In this document: positions 36,684-46,494 of the stretch, piece by piece
Position numbering within the stretch: position 1 is the first letter of the stretch
How the letters are laid out: each line of letters begins with the position of its first letter
Assembly: GCA_044347565.1 (NCBI GenBank)
Contig: JBIKUN010000003.1
Coordinates: 13,332 to 77,331, forward strand
DNA from: Vicinamibacterales bacterium
GTDB taxonomy: Bacteria; Acidobacteriota; Vicinamibacteria; Vicinamibacterales; UBA2999
Length of the DNA stretch: 64,000 nucleotides
Direction of reading: 5' to 3'
Position numbers and translations under genes: made by a program
The notes under the pieces: model-generated
Seen by the model: the letters and a program-made list of their open reading frames with translations, nothing else
What the model was told of the DNA's origin: nothing
The model's database searches: none

Positions 36684-39152
36684 ATGACGCAGAGTGCGCC
36701 TCGTCCCGTCGCAGCCGCGGTGGCCCGTGCCACCGCGCTGCTGGCGGCGACGACTCTCTTCGTGGCGACGGCAGGCGGGGCGGCGCCCTCGGGTGACGCG
36801 GGCACGTCCGTGCGTCCCGGTGCACGCGTCGTGCTCGATGCCCACAACGCCTATCCGTACAACGGCCGCTACCTCGACCGCATCGATCGTGCCCTGGCCG
36901 GCGGTGTGCCTGTCGCCATCGAACAGGACCTCGTCTGGCGTCCGGCCGACGGCGACCGGCCGGCGCGCTCGGTGCTGTCGCACGGCGAACCGTTCGACGA
37001 CCGCGAACCCTCGCTGCGTGACTATTTCTTCGAACGGATTCGTCCGATCGTCGAACGTGCGCTTGCCGAGGGCGACCGCTCGCGGTGGCCGCTCGTCGTC
37101 CTCAACCTCGATCTGAAGTCCAACGAGCCGGAGCACCATCAGGCGCTCTGGGCGCTGCTCGGCGAGTACGAGGCGTGGCTCACGACGGCCGAACGCACGT
37201 CGAGCCCGGCGGTGCCGGCCGCCCTGGCCGTCGGGCCCGTGCTGGTGCTCACCGGTGAGTCCGACGAGCAGGCGCGCGCGTTTCACGACCAGCTGCCCGT
37301 GGGCAGCCGGCTGCGCCTGTTCGGCGCGATGCCGATGCGGCCGCGCGCGGTGCCGCCGGCGCGCCGCGCGGCCGAACAACGACGCTTCTGGGAGGCCCTG
37401 CCGTCGGGGCCGCTGCCCGCGGCCACCAACTATCGCCGCTGGTGGAACGCGCCGTGGGCCGTGGTGGAAGACGGTGGCCAGCGCGCGGCCGGCGACTGGA
37501 CCACGGCAGAGGAGACACGCCTGCGGGCGCTGGTCACGCGCGCGCACGAGGCCGGCTTGTGGCTGCGGCTCTGGACCGTGAACGGCCACCCGCCCGGGGC
37601 CGAGACGGCGGAGAGCTGGTCGACCGGCTACAACGTCGGGTCACTCGACGCCGCCCGGGTGCGCTGGCGTGCCGCGATCGCCGCCGGCGTCGACTTCATC
37701 GCCACCGATCAATACGAAGCGTTTCTGGCCGAGCAGTCCGCGGGCGCGGGCCGGCTGGTGGCCGCGCGAGACGTGGTCCTCGACGGTGTGCTGACCTCGA
37801 CCGACCGCCTCACCTGGCTCGAACGTCCATTCGACGTGCCACCCGGAACCGCGCGCCTCGACGTCTTCATGCAGCATGCCGACCGCGATCGCGGCACCGC
37901 CATCGAGTTCGGCCTCTACGACCCGCAGCGCTTCCGCGGCGCCAGCCGCACCAGCAAGACCACCTTCTTCGTGGCCGAGGCCGCCGCCACGCCGTCGTAC
38001 CATCCCGGACCGCTCGTGCCAGGCACCTGGCGCCTGCAGATGGGTGTCCCGAGCATTCGCGACGGCGTGTCGTCCCCCTACCGCATCGTCGTGCGGCTGA
38101 CGCCGGGCGGCCCCGGGCAGCCGTCGCCCACCGCGGTACCGGCCCTCCGGGCCCTGAGCGGTCCGCGCTGGTACCAGGGGGATCTGCATGCCCACACGAT
38201 GCACAGCGACGGCTTTCAGTGCGCCGACGGACGTGGCCGCAACAGCCCATGCTCGGCCCACCTCGTCGCGTCGGCCGCCGAGCGGCGCGGCCTCGACTTC
38301 GCCGCCGTGACCGACCACAACACCACCAGCCATCACCACGGGTTGGTCGAAGTGCAGGCGCGGCACCCCGAGCTGCTCGTGCTGCGCGGCCAGGAAGTGA
38401 CGACGTTTCACGGCCACGCGAACGTGTTCGGCACGAGCGAGGTCATCGATTTCCGTATCGGGCACCCAGGCGTCACCGCCGCCGCGGTCTTTGGCCACGT
38501 CCGCCGGCTCGGCGCGCTCGTCGCCATCAATCACCCGGGCCGCGAAACGGGTGAAGCCTGCACGGGCTGCGGCTGGGACGCGCCGCAGACCGACTACGCG
38601 CTGGTCGACGCCATCGAAGTGGTCAACGGCCGCACCGTCTCCGGACCGACCGCGGGCGAGCCCTTCTGGCACGCGCGGCTGAACGAGGGCCATCGGCTGA
38701 CCGGCATCGGCGGCGGCGACGACCACGGCGGCTCGACGCGCCAGGGGTCGGCGGTGGGCACGCCCACCACGGTGGTCTACGCCGACGCGCTGTCGGAGGC
38801 GGCATTGCTCGCAGGCATCCGTGCCGGCCGGGTCTACATCAAGACGCGCGGCCCCGAGGGCCCCGACCTGCGCGTCGACGTGCCGGAACACCGGGCGACG
38901 ATGGGTGACATGGTGCGCCTGAGCGGGCCGGGGCGGATCACCGTGCGGGTACGGGTGATAGGCGCAGCCGGCCAACGCGTCGAACTCATCCGCCAGGGCC
39001 GGGTGATCGACGCCGCTGGCCGGCCGCCGCTCGCCTCGAATGACGAGACGTTCGACGCGACGGTGGACGTGAGCCCCGGCGACTGGGTGCGGGTGAACGT
39101 GCGGGACGACGCGGGGATCACCGTGATGGGGAACCCGGTGTACTTCCGCTGA
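36684..39152 (+). CDS. Secreted fusion protein: PLC-like/GDPD-superfamily phosphodiesterase domain plus CehA/McbA-type PHP metallohydrolase domain
   Basis: The N-terminal half has VVLDAHNAYPYNG...VAIEQDL...LNLDLKS...GVDFIATDQ. The C-terminal half has WYQGDLHAHTMHSDG...AVTDHNT...INHPG...GGGDDHG. The ATG lies 8 nt after the TonB receptor stop. Confidence 0.65.
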   Translation: MTQSAPRPVAAAVARATALLAATTLFVATAGGAAPSGDAGTSVRPGARVVLDAHNAYPYNGRYLDRIDRALAGGVPVAIEQDLVWRPADGDRPARSVLSHGEPFDDREPSLRDYFFERIRPIVERALAEGDRSRWPLVVLNLDLKSNEPEHHQALWALLGEYEAWLTTAERTSSPAVPAALAVGPVLVLTGESDEQARAFHDQLPVGSRLRLFGAMPMRPRAVPPARRAAEQRRFWEALPSGPLPAATNYRRWWNAPWAVVEDGGQRAAGDWTTAEETRLRALVTRAHEAGLWLRLWTVNGHPPGAETAESWSTGYNVGSLDAARVRWRAAIAAGVDFIATDQYEAFLAEQSAGAGRLVAARDVVLDGVLTSTDRLTWLERPFDVPPGTARLDVFMQHADRDRGTAIEFGLYDPQRFRGASRTSKTTFFVAEAAATPSYHPGPLVPGTWRLQMGVPSIRDGVSSPYRIVVRLTPGGPGQPSPTAVPALRALSGPRWYQGDLHAHTMHSDGFQCADGRGRNSPCSAHLVASAAERRGLDFAAVTDHNTTSHHHGLVEVQARHPELLVLRGQEVTTFHGHANVFGTSEVIDFRIGHPGVTAAAVFGHVRRLGALVAINHPGRETGEACTGCGWDAPQTDYALVDAIEVVNGRTVSGPTAGEPFWHARLNEGHRLTGIGGGDDHGGSTRQGSAVGTPTTVVYADALSEAALLAGIRAGRVYIKTRGPEGPDLRVDVPEHRATMGDMVRLSGPGRITVRVRVIGAAGQRVELIRQGRVIDAAGRPPLASNDETFDATVDVSPGDWVRVNVRDDAGITVMGNPVYFR

Positions 39153-39215
39153 GACGGTTGAATGCGGGCCGCCGAGTCCGTGGGTGACCGCACCAGCCGC
39201 TGCGGACCGTCGCTC

Positions 39216-39221
39216 TATAAT
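39216..39221 (+). promoter_or_regulatory. Consensus -10 box TATAAT, 6 nt upstream of the kbl ATG (leaderless configuration)
   Basis: The sequence is CGCTCTATAATcgctgcATG, with no SD. Confidence 0.5.
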
Positions 39222-39227
39222 CGCTGC

Positions 39228-40415
39228 ATGTCTTCGCGCCCCGACCCGCTGGGATTCCTGAACGCCGAGCTCGACGCCCTCAAGGCGCAGGGGCTGTATC
39301 GCACGCTGCGCGTGCTCGAGGGCGAAGCGCTCTCGCACGCGGTGTACGACCACACGTCGGTCGTGAACCTGTCGTCGAACAACTATCTTGGCTTCACTAC
39401 GCATCCGCGGCTGCGCCAGGCGGCGCTCGACGCCGTGCGCGAGTTCGGCGTGGGTTCGGGCGCGGTGCGCACCATCTCGGGCACGATGGCGATGCACGTC
39501 GAGCTCGAACGCCGGCTCGCCGCCTTCAAGAACGTGGAGGCGGTGGTGGTCTTCCAGAGCGGCTTCGCGGCCAACGCCGGCACCGTCTCGGCCATCCTGA
39601 ACAAAGACGACGTCATCATCAGCGACAGCCTCAACCACGCGAGCATCATCGACGGCTGCCGCCTGAGCAAGGCGCCGATCAAGGTCTTCCCGCACAAGGA
39701 CGCCGCCGCGGCGCGCGCCATCCTCCAGGAGCTGCCGGCGGCCCAGCGCAAGCTGCTCATCACCGACGGCGTCTTCTCGATGGACGGCGATCTCGGGCCG
39801 CTGCCGGCGCTCTGCGATCTGGCCGACGAGTTCGGCTGCATCATGATGGTCGACGACGCGCACGCCAGCGGCGTCTTCGGCCGCCAGGGCCGCGGCACCG
39901 TCGATCACTTCGGCTGCCACGGCCGCGTGGACATCCAGGTGGGCACCCTCTCGAAGGCGATCGGCTCGCTCGGCGGGTACGTGGCCGGCACGCGCGCCCT
40001 CATCGACTTCCTGCACCATCGCGCCCGGCCGTTCCTCTTCTCCACCTCGCATCCGCCGGCTGTGACGGCCGCCTGCATCGCCGCGCTCGACGTGCTCGAG
40101 AGCGAACCGCAGTGGATGGCACAGCTCTGGGACAACACGCGCTTCTTCAAGGCGGGGCTCACCGCGCTCGGCTTCAACACCGGCATGAGCGAGAGCCCGA
40201 TCACGCCCGTCATCGTGGGCGAGGCGTCGCTCGCCGCCACGATGTCAGACAAGCTCTTCGCGAAGGGCGTCTTCGCGCAGAGCATCGGCTTCCCCACGGT
40301 GGCCCGCGGCCAGGCGCGGCTGCGCACCATCGTCTCGGCCACGCACACGCGCGAGGACCTGCAGTTCGCGCTCGACCGCATGGGCGAGGTGGGCCGGGAA
40401 CTCGGCGTCATCTAG
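39228..40415 (+). CDS. kbl: Glycine C-acetyltransferase (2-amino-3-ketobutyrate CoA ligase)
   Basis: It is collinear with my recollection of E. coli Kbl: NNYLGF, ISDSLNHASIIDGCRL, TDGVFSMDGD, MVDDAHA, GTLSKA (PLP lysine) and GQARLRTIVSATHT. Confidence 0.85.
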   Translation: MSSRPDPLGFLNAELDALKAQGLYRTLRVLEGEALSHAVYDHTSVVNLSSNNYLGFTTHPRLRQAALDAVREFGVGSGAVRTISGTMAMHVELERRLAAFKNVEAVVVFQSGFAANAGTVSAILNKDDVIISDSLNHASIIDGCRLSKAPIKVFPHKDAAAARAILQELPAAQRKLLITDGVFSMDGDLGPLPALCDLADEFGCIMMVDDAHASGVFGRQGRGTVDHFGCHGRVDIQVGTLSKAIGSLGGYVAGTRALIDFLHHRARPFLFSTSHPPAVTAACIAALDVLESEPQWMAQLWDNTRFFKAGLTALGFNTGMSESPITPVIVGEASLAATMSDKLFAKGVFAQSIGFPTVARGQARLRTIVSATHTREDLQFALDRMGEVGRELGVI

Positions 40416-40432
40416 GGCCGTAGTACCCCGCG

Positions 40433-41641
40433 ATGCCCCCTGTCTCACGCGCGCGGGAATTCTTCTCCGCCTACACGCAGGACCTGACGAGCGAGGAGCT
40501 CGGCAAGGTCTTCACGCGCGACGCCCCGGAGGCCTACCGCTTCTTCACGCGCGGCATCGACAGCAAGGCCTTCAAGGCGCTGCCGCGGCATACGCGCGTG
40601 CTCAAGTGGACGCAGGCCTTCTTCATGGCCTTCACGATGCGGCTCACGCCGGCCCGCCGCGCCATCTACGGCGTGGCGCTGCTCTCGGCCGCCTTCGGCG
40701 TCGTCTCGCTCTTCCGCGGCATCAGCGTCTTCGGCGTGCCGATCGTGATTCCGCCGTTCTTCTTCCGGATCGGCGTGCCCACGCTGGCCTTCCAGCCCGG
40801 CACCAACTGGCTCATCTTCGCCTTCGCGGCGATGAACCTGCTCGTGCTGCTCGAGGTGTTCGACCGGCTGTCGCTCAAGCGCGACCTCGAAGTGGCGCGC
40901 GAGATCCAGCTCGCCATGCTGCCCGACGGTACCTGGGCGGCGCCCGGCGTCGAAGCGAGCGGACTCACGCGTCCGGCCAACACGGTGGGCGGCGACTTCT
41001 ACGACATCCTGCCGCGCACCGATGGCCGCGTCATCGTGGCGCTCGGCGACGTCGCCGGCAAGGCGAGTCCGGCGGCGCTGCTCATGGCGCTCTTCCTGGC
41101 GATGCTCCGCACGCTCGTGGACGAAGACCTGCCACTCGCGGAACTGGCCCGCAGGCTGAACATCCAGGTGTCGAAACATGCACCGCCGTCGCGGTTCATC
41201 ACGCTCTTCCTCGGGCTCTTCGATCCGCGCACGGGGCAGCTGGAGTTCGTGAACGCCGGCCAGACGCCGCCGCTCCTGCTGCGCGCCGGCGGGTCGGTGG
41301 AGCGGCTCTCCACGGGCGGCGTGGCCCTTGCCATGTTCGAGGGCTCGACCTACGAGCCGGGCTACGCGCGCCTCGACCCGGGCGACGCGCTCATCATGTA
41401 CAGCGACGGCATCACCGAGGCGGAATCCCCGGCCGGCCAGATGTTCGACGAAAGCGGCCTCGAAGCGGCCGTCCGGGCCACGCCGGGCGTGTCGGCCGCC
41501 GTCATCGGCCGCGCCGTCTTCCGGGCCGTGGATGACTACCGGCGCGGCGAACGCCTGGCCGACGACCTCACGGTGCTGGTCCTGAGCCGCCCGATCGTGC
41601 CGCCCGTCCCGCCGCTCGTTCCATCCGTGCAGAACCTGTAG
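40433..41641 (+). CDS. Membrane-anchored PP2C-family (SpoIIE/RsbU-type) protein phosphatase
   Basis: The N-terminal part has hydrophobic helices. The phosphatase domain has AREIQLAMLP, VGGDFYDI, VALGDVAGKASPAALLMA, MYSDGITE and DDLTVLVL. Confidence 0.8.
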   Translation: MPPVSRAREFFSAYTQDLTSEELGKVFTRDAPEAYRFFTRGIDSKAFKALPRHTRVLKWTQAFFMAFTMRLTPARRAIYGVALLSAAFGVVSLFRGISVFGVPIVIPPFFFRIGVPTLAFQPGTNWLIFAFAAMNLLVLLEVFDRLSLKRDLEVAREIQLAMLPDGTWAAPGVEASGLTRPANTVGGDFYDILPRTDGRVIVALGDVAGKASPAALLMALFLAMLRTLVDEDLPLAELARRLNIQVSKHAPPSRFITLFLGLFDPRTGQLEFVNAGQTPPLLLRAGGSVERLSTGGVALAMFEGSTYEPGYARLDPGDALIMYSDGITEAESPAGQMFDESGLEAAVRATPGVSAAVIGRAVFRAVDDYRRGERLADDLTVLVLSRPIVPPVPPLVPSVQNL

Positions 41642-41661
41642 CGCACCGCGCCGTTCTGGCG

Positions 41662-41667
41662 TCTAAT
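41662..41667 (+). promoter_or_regulatory. Candidate -10 box TCTAAT, 6 nt upstream of ATG 41674 (leaderless configuration)
   Basis: The sequence is GGCGTCTAATcgggtcATG, with no SD. Confidence 0.45.
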
Positions 41668-41673
41668 CGGGTC

Positions 41674-44424
41674 ATGGGCCGGGCTGTGCTGCTGGCGGCC
41701 GTGTGGCTGTTATCGGCGGTCTCTGCCGCCGCGCAACCAGCCGGCACGCCGGATCCCGAAGAGCTCCTCCTCGCGCGCACCCTCCAGCGCATCGAGACGG
41801 CGCTCCTCTCGAGCGACAAGAGCGCGTGGCTGTCGCTGATTTCGACCAACGCCGATGCCGGCGCCGCCGGCGACTTCTTCGACGCCGCCGTGCCGCGGGG
41901 CGTCACGCGCGTCGTCGTGCACGAACGCGATCGCCAGCCGCTCGAGGGCGCGCTCCCCGGCGACGGCCATCGCCTCATCGTGGAAGTGTTCGTCGAGAGC
42001 GGCGCGCGCGGACAGCTCGCCACGTGGCGGCTCGACCTGCGCCGGCCCACCGGTGCCACCGCCGACACCGTGGACGGCGAGACGCCGTGGAAGATCGTCG
42101 CGCACGACCGGCTGCAGCAGGTGGACGTGCTGCACCGCCTCGCCCTCAACCGCGAGCGGATGTTCCAGGCGCAGAACTTCGTGCTGCGCTCGGTGGACTT
42201 CGAGCTGCGCCTCTCGACCGGCGCAGTCTTCGTGGCCGACACCGCCGAGGGCGTCACCGCGCTCGTGCTGCTCGGCGACGGCCTCATGACGTTCCAGCCC
42301 ACGCCGAAGACCGAACGCGGGCAGGTGCGGCTCTTCGCCGGCGACGACAAGGTCGAGGGCCGCTTCGACGCCGCCTTCGTGCGCATCAATCCCTTCGAGT
42401 TCGAGGAGTCGATGGTGGGCGGCGGCCTCATCGCGACGCCCGCCGATGGCCGGCTGCTGACACGCGCCCGCGAGATCTTCGACGAGGAAGTGCCGCGGTC
42501 GTTCAGCCTCGACCTGAGCGACATGAGCCGCGACACCTGGTCGATCCTGCCGCAGCCGGGCGACCTGCTGGCCGAGGTGCACACGCGGCGCTGGCGCACG
42601 CTGACCTACGTGCGTGCCGGCGCCGAAGCGGAGGACGTCACCTTCTTCAACCGCGAGCGCAAGAAGAACATCGCCGTCTACGCCTCGCCGCAGAAACTCG
42701 CGAGCCGCGGTGCCTTCTACGACGAGGACGACCTCACCGAGTTCGACATCCTCGATCACGAGATCGACGTCGAGGTCCATCCCGCTCGCGAGTGGCTCAT
42801 CGGCACCTCGCGCTTGACGCTGCGCGTGAAGTCGTTCGCGCTGGCGGCGCTCAACCTCAAGCTCGCCGAGAACATGACGGTGTCGTCGGTCACGAGCAAG
42901 GAGCTCGGGCGGCTGCTCTTCCTCAAGGTCCGCAACCAGAACTCGATCGTGGTCAACCTGCCCTCGACGCTCGCGCGCGACTACGAGCTCACGCTGACGA
43001 TCCGCTATCAGGGCCGGATCGAACGGCAGGCCATCGACTCGGAATCGCTGCAGCCCGAACGGGCGCGTGACCCCGACTCGCCGGTCGTGCTCGCCGAGCC
43101 GAACTGGCTGCTGAGCAACCGCTCGACGTGGTACCCGCAATCGCCGGTGACCGACTACTCCACCGCGACGCTGCGGGTGGCCGTGCCGGCGGAGTTCCAC
43201 GTGGCGGCCTCGGGCGTGCCGGCGTCGAGCGAGCCGGAACTGCTGCCGTCCTCGCCCGGCGAGCTGCCGCGCCGGCTGTTCACCTTCCGCACCGGGCACC
43301 CGGTGCGCTATCTGGGCGCGGTCGTGAGCCGCATGGCGCGCGTGGACGCCGCCACGGTGGCGCTCGATATCGTCCTGCCGCCACCGCCACCGCCGCCGAA
43401 GTCGGTCACGCTCGCCGAGCTGATGGCGCCGCCGAAGCCCCCGCCCGTCGGCGGACGCAACACGGTCGATCTGACCACCATGGGCAACCGCCGCCAGGAG
43501 GGCCGCGCCCGCGACGCGCTGGCCACGGCGGCCGACATCCTGCGGTTCTACGCCAGGCTCATGGGCGACGCACCGTATCCCGCCTTCTCGCTCGCGATGC
43601 TCGAAAGTGATCTGCCGGGCGGGCACAGCCCGCCGTACTTCGCCGTGCTGAACAATCCGCTGCCGACGACGCCGTTCGTGTGGCGCAACGATCCGGCGAC
43701 CTTCAACGACTTCCCCGAGTTCATCCTCGCCCACGAGATCGCCCACCAGTGGTGGGGCCAGGCGGTCGGGTGGAAGAACTACCACGAGCAGTGGATCAGC
43801 GAAGGCTTCGCGCAGTACTTCGCCACGCTCTACGCGCGCGAGAAACGCGGCGACAGCGTGTATCGGTCGGCGCTGCGCAACCTGCGCCGCTGGTCGATGG
43901 AACATTCCGACCAGGGCCCCATCTCGCTCGGCTACCGGCTGGGCCACATCAAGGGCGAGGGGCGTGTCTTCCGCGCCGTCGTCTACAACAAGGGCGCGGC
44001 CGTGCTGCACATGCTGCGGCGGCTCATCGGCGACGACGCCTTCATGAACGGGCTGCGCGCGTTCTACGCGGAACACCGCTACAAGAAGGCCGGTACGGAT
44101 GACCTGCGGCGATCGATGGAAACGGCCAGCGGCCGGTCGCTCGCGCGGTACTTCGACCGCTGGGTGCTCGACGCCGAACTGCCGCACGTACGGATCAGCA
44201 CCACGATCAAGCCGGGCGCGGTGGAGGTGGCCTACGAGCAGCTTGGCGAGGTATTCGACCTGCCGGTGACCATCACGCTGCAGTACGCGGACGGCACGAG
44301 CGAAGACGTCGTGGCGGCGCTGACGGCAGCCTCGGGCACGGCGGTGCTGCCGGCGCGCGGCCCCGTCCGCGGCGTGGATGTGAACCGCGACGACGCCGCT
44401 CTCGGCACCTTCGAGCGCCGCTAG
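41674..44424 (+). CDS. Secreted M1-family zinc metallopeptidase (aminopeptidase N-like)
   Basis: There is a signal peptide. The zinc site is HEIAHQWWGQAVGWKNYHEQWISEGFAQYFA (HEXXH-X18-E). A poly-Pro linker PPPPPPPK is present. Confidence 0.8.
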   Translation: MGRAVLLAAVWLLSAVSAAAQPAGTPDPEELLLARTLQRIETALLSSDKSAWLSLISTNADAGAAGDFFDAAVPRGVTRVVVHERDRQPLEGALPGDGHRLIVEVFVESGARGQLATWRLDLRRPTGATADTVDGETPWKIVAHDRLQQVDVLHRLALNRERMFQAQNFVLRSVDFELRLSTGAVFVADTAEGVTALVLLGDGLMTFQPTPKTERGQVRLFAGDDKVEGRFDAAFVRINPFEFEESMVGGGLIATPADGRLLTRAREIFDEEVPRSFSLDLSDMSRDTWSILPQPGDLLAEVHTRRWRTLTYVRAGAEAEDVTFFNRERKKNIAVYASPQKLASRGAFYDEDDLTEFDILDHEIDVEVHPAREWLIGTSRLTLRVKSFALAALNLKLAENMTVSSVTSKELGRLLFLKVRNQNSIVVNLPSTLARDYELTLTIRYQGRIERQAIDSESLQPERARDPDSPVVLAEPNWLLSNRSTWYPQSPVTDYSTATLRVAVPAEFHVAASGVPASSEPELLPSSPGELPRRLFTFRTGHPVRYLGAVVSRMARVDAATVALDIVLPPPPPPPKSVTLAELMAPPKPPPVGGRNTVDLTTMGNRRQEGRARDALATAADILRFYARLMGDAPYPAFSLAMLESDLPGGHSPPYFAVLNNPLPTTPFVWRNDPATFNDFPEFILAHEIAHQWWGQAVGWKNYHEQWISEGFAQYFATLYAREKRGDSVYRSALRNLRRWSMEHSDQGPISLGYRLGHIKGEGRVFRAVVYNKGAAVLHMLRRLIGDDAFMNGLRAFYAEHRYKKAGTDDLRRSMETASGRSLARYFDRWVLDAELPHVRISTTIKPGAVEVAYEQLGEVFDLPVTITLQYADGTSEDVVAALTAASGTAVLPARGPVRGVDVNRDDAALGTFERR

Positions 44425-44622
44425 TGCATAACCGGGGTCAGATGTCGGTGTTGCGGCTGGTTTGCCGTCCCACGACAGCACGACACCGGGCAGCAGGCGG
44501 GCGTCCGCATCGCGGGGAAAGGTCTCAAGGGGCGCCGTCAGCCGCCCCGGCTCGACTCCATCTTGTTGACCAGCCGTGACTTCCACGCGGCCGAGAGCGC
44601 CGGATCCGGGGCGGGCGCGTGA

Positions 44623-44628
44623 TATGAT
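44623..44628 (+). promoter_or_regulatory. Candidate -10 box TATGAT, 10 nt upstream of ATG 44639
   Basis: The sequence is GTGATATGATtcacgatgccATG, with no SD before MEQVTLTIDG. Confidence 0.35.
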
Positions 44629-44638
44629 TCACGATGCC

Positions 44639-46471
44639 ATGGAACAGGTGACGCTCACGATTGATGGCGCCCAGGTGACGGTGCCCAAGGGAACCTCCGT
44701 ACTGCAGGCGGCTATCTCCGCCGGCATCCAGGTGCCCTACTACTGTTATCACCCGGGGCTCGGCATCGACGCCTCGTGCCGCGTCTGTCTCGTGAAGATC
44801 GAGAAGATGGGGAAGCTGCAGACGTCGTGTTCGACGCCCGCGGCCGAAGGCATGGTGGTGCACACGAAGGACGCGGAGAGCACCGAAGCCCGCGCCGGCG
44901 TCTTCGAGTTCCTGCTCATTAATCATCCGCTCGACTGCCCGGTGTGCGACAAGGGCGGCGAGTGCCCGCTGCAGGACTTCTCGTACGAGTTCGGCAACGT
45001 GCAGAGCCGCATGGATTTCCCGCGGCGCACGTTCGATGGCGAAGGCGTGAAGGCCGACGTGGACTTCGGGCCGACGCTGATGCTGAACCGCAACCGCTGC
45101 ATCATGTGCACGCGGTGCGCGCGCTTCATGGACGAAGTCGACGGCGACGCGCAGATCGGCGTCATCAACCGCGGCAACGGCAGCGAAATCGGCACGTTCA
45201 ACGAACAGGGTGTGCACTCGCTGCTCTCGGGCAACCTGATGGATGTCTGCCCGGTGGGCGCCATCACCACGAAGCAGTACCGCTTCCGCTCGAGGCCGTG
45301 GGACAACCCGAACGCGATCGACACGGTCTGCACCGGCTGCTCGAAGGGCTGCGCCACCACGGCGTGGCTGCGCGCCAAGCCCGAATGGGCCAAGGGCTCG
45401 CAGCTCGTGCGCGTGACGCCGCGCTTCAATCCCGCCGTGAACGGCTACTGGATGTGCGACATCGGCCGCTTCCAGTACGGCTGGGTGGAAGGTCCCGATC
45501 GGCTGCGCAAGCCGCAGCTGCGCACGAAGGACGGCGCACAGCAGACGGCCACGTGGAAGGACGCGCTCACCAGGGTGCGCGACCTGCTGAACGCCGCCGG
45601 ACGCCGCGATCCGGCTGCGGTGCGTTTCCTCGTCTCGGCGCACGCGAGCCTCGAAGAGCTCTTCCTCGTGAAGCGCGTCGCCACCGAACTCAAGGGCGAC
45701 GTCAGCGCCGCGCACGTCGCCATCTCGTGGCGACGCTCGGCCAAGGCGCAGCCGGCCAACACGAAGTTCCACGTGCCGGCCACTGACGCGCCGAACGTCA
45801 CGGGCGCGCGCGATCTCGGCCTGGCCGTGGGCGCCGGTCTCGACGGCACGCCGGATCTCTCGGGTCTGCGCGCCTCGGTCGAATCCGGCCTCGTCGACGT
45901 GCTCTACGTGGTGGATCCGGGACCGGCCGAGTCGCTCGGCGACGTCGCCTGGGTGCTCGAAGCCAAAGCCGCCGGCAAGATCAAGGCGCTCGTCTACCAG
46001 GGTGTGCTCACGGGCGCGATGGCCACGGCGGCCGATGTCGTGCTGCCCGGCGCCGCCTGGGTCGAGAAGGACGGCTGCTTCACGAACGATCAGGGCATGC
46101 TGCAGGCCGCGTCGAAGGCCATCGTCACGCCCGGTGAAGCGGTGGAAGACTGGCAGATCCTCACGAGCGTGGCGGCGGCCCTCGGCCTGCCGTTCAGCTA
46201 CGAATCCTCGGCCGCTGTGCGCGTCGAGCTCGCGCAGGCGCTGGCCGGCCAGCCGATCTACGAAACCCTCGGCGTGCAGACGTTCAACCGTCCGGTGAGC
46301 GCCGCCACGTGGCTGCAGGCCTCGAATCCGTCCGAACGCTGGAAGTGGGACGTGATGTATCAGGACCTGCCGCCGGTGAAGGGCCACAACGTGCAGATGG
46401 AACACGCGGCCAAGCCGTCGGTGATTCCGTTGCGACTCGTCACCGACGAACTGGGCCGCGCGTCCGACTGA
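44639..46471 (+). CDS. nuoG: NADH-quinone oxidoreductase subunit G-like protein (2Fe-2S / 4Fe-4S / molybdopterin-oxidoreductase fold)
   Basis: Matching segments are TIDGAQVTVPKGTSVLQAA, YCYHPGL..ASCRVCLV...TSC, HPLDCPVCDKGGECPLQD and CIMCTRCARF...DVCPVGA. Alternative ATG starts are 44624 and 44639. Confidence 0.8.
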   Translation: MEQVTLTIDGAQVTVPKGTSVLQAAISAGIQVPYYCYHPGLGIDASCRVCLVKIEKMGKLQTSCSTPAAEGMVVHTKDAESTEARAGVFEFLLINHPLDCPVCDKGGECPLQDFSYEFGNVQSRMDFPRRTFDGEGVKADVDFGPTLMLNRNRCIMCTRCARFMDEVDGDAQIGVINRGNGSEIGTFNEQGVHSLLSGNLMDVCPVGAITTKQYRFRSRPWDNPNAIDTVCTGCSKGCATTAWLRAKPEWAKGSQLVRVTPRFNPAVNGYWMCDIGRFQYGWVEGPDRLRKPQLRTKDGAQQTATWKDALTRVRDLLNAAGRRDPAAVRFLVSAHASLEELFLVKRVATELKGDVSAAHVAISWRRSAKAQPANTKFHVPATDAPNVTGARDLGLAVGAGLDGTPDLSGLRASVESGLVDVLYVVDPGPAESLGDVAWVLEAKAAGKIKALVYQGVLTGAMATAADVVLPGAAWVEKDGCFTNDQGMLQAASKAIVTPGEAVEDWQILTSVAAALGLPFSYESSAAVRVELAQALAGQPIYETLGVQTFNRPVSAATWLQASNPSERWKWDVMYQDLPPVKGHNVQMEHAAKPSVIPLRLVTDELGRASD

Positions 46472-46494
46472 CGCGCGACACCCATCCGTTCCGC

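Noticed and set aside
39228-40415. Expectation of a tdh gene next to kbl (the classical kbl-tdh threonine degradation operon).
   Set aside because: The downstream gene is a PP2C phosphatase and no threonine dehydrogenase is in the window. Absence here is not informative without the whole genome, so it is not reported as a finding.
43378-43402. CCG/CCA-rich DNA repeats here and at 62452-62480, considered as microsatellites or CRISPR-like repeats.
   Set aside because: They are in frame inside genes and simply encode poly-proline linkers (PPPPPPPK in the M1 peptidase, PPPPPPPAAT in the hybrid kinase). There is no spacer-repeat periodicity.
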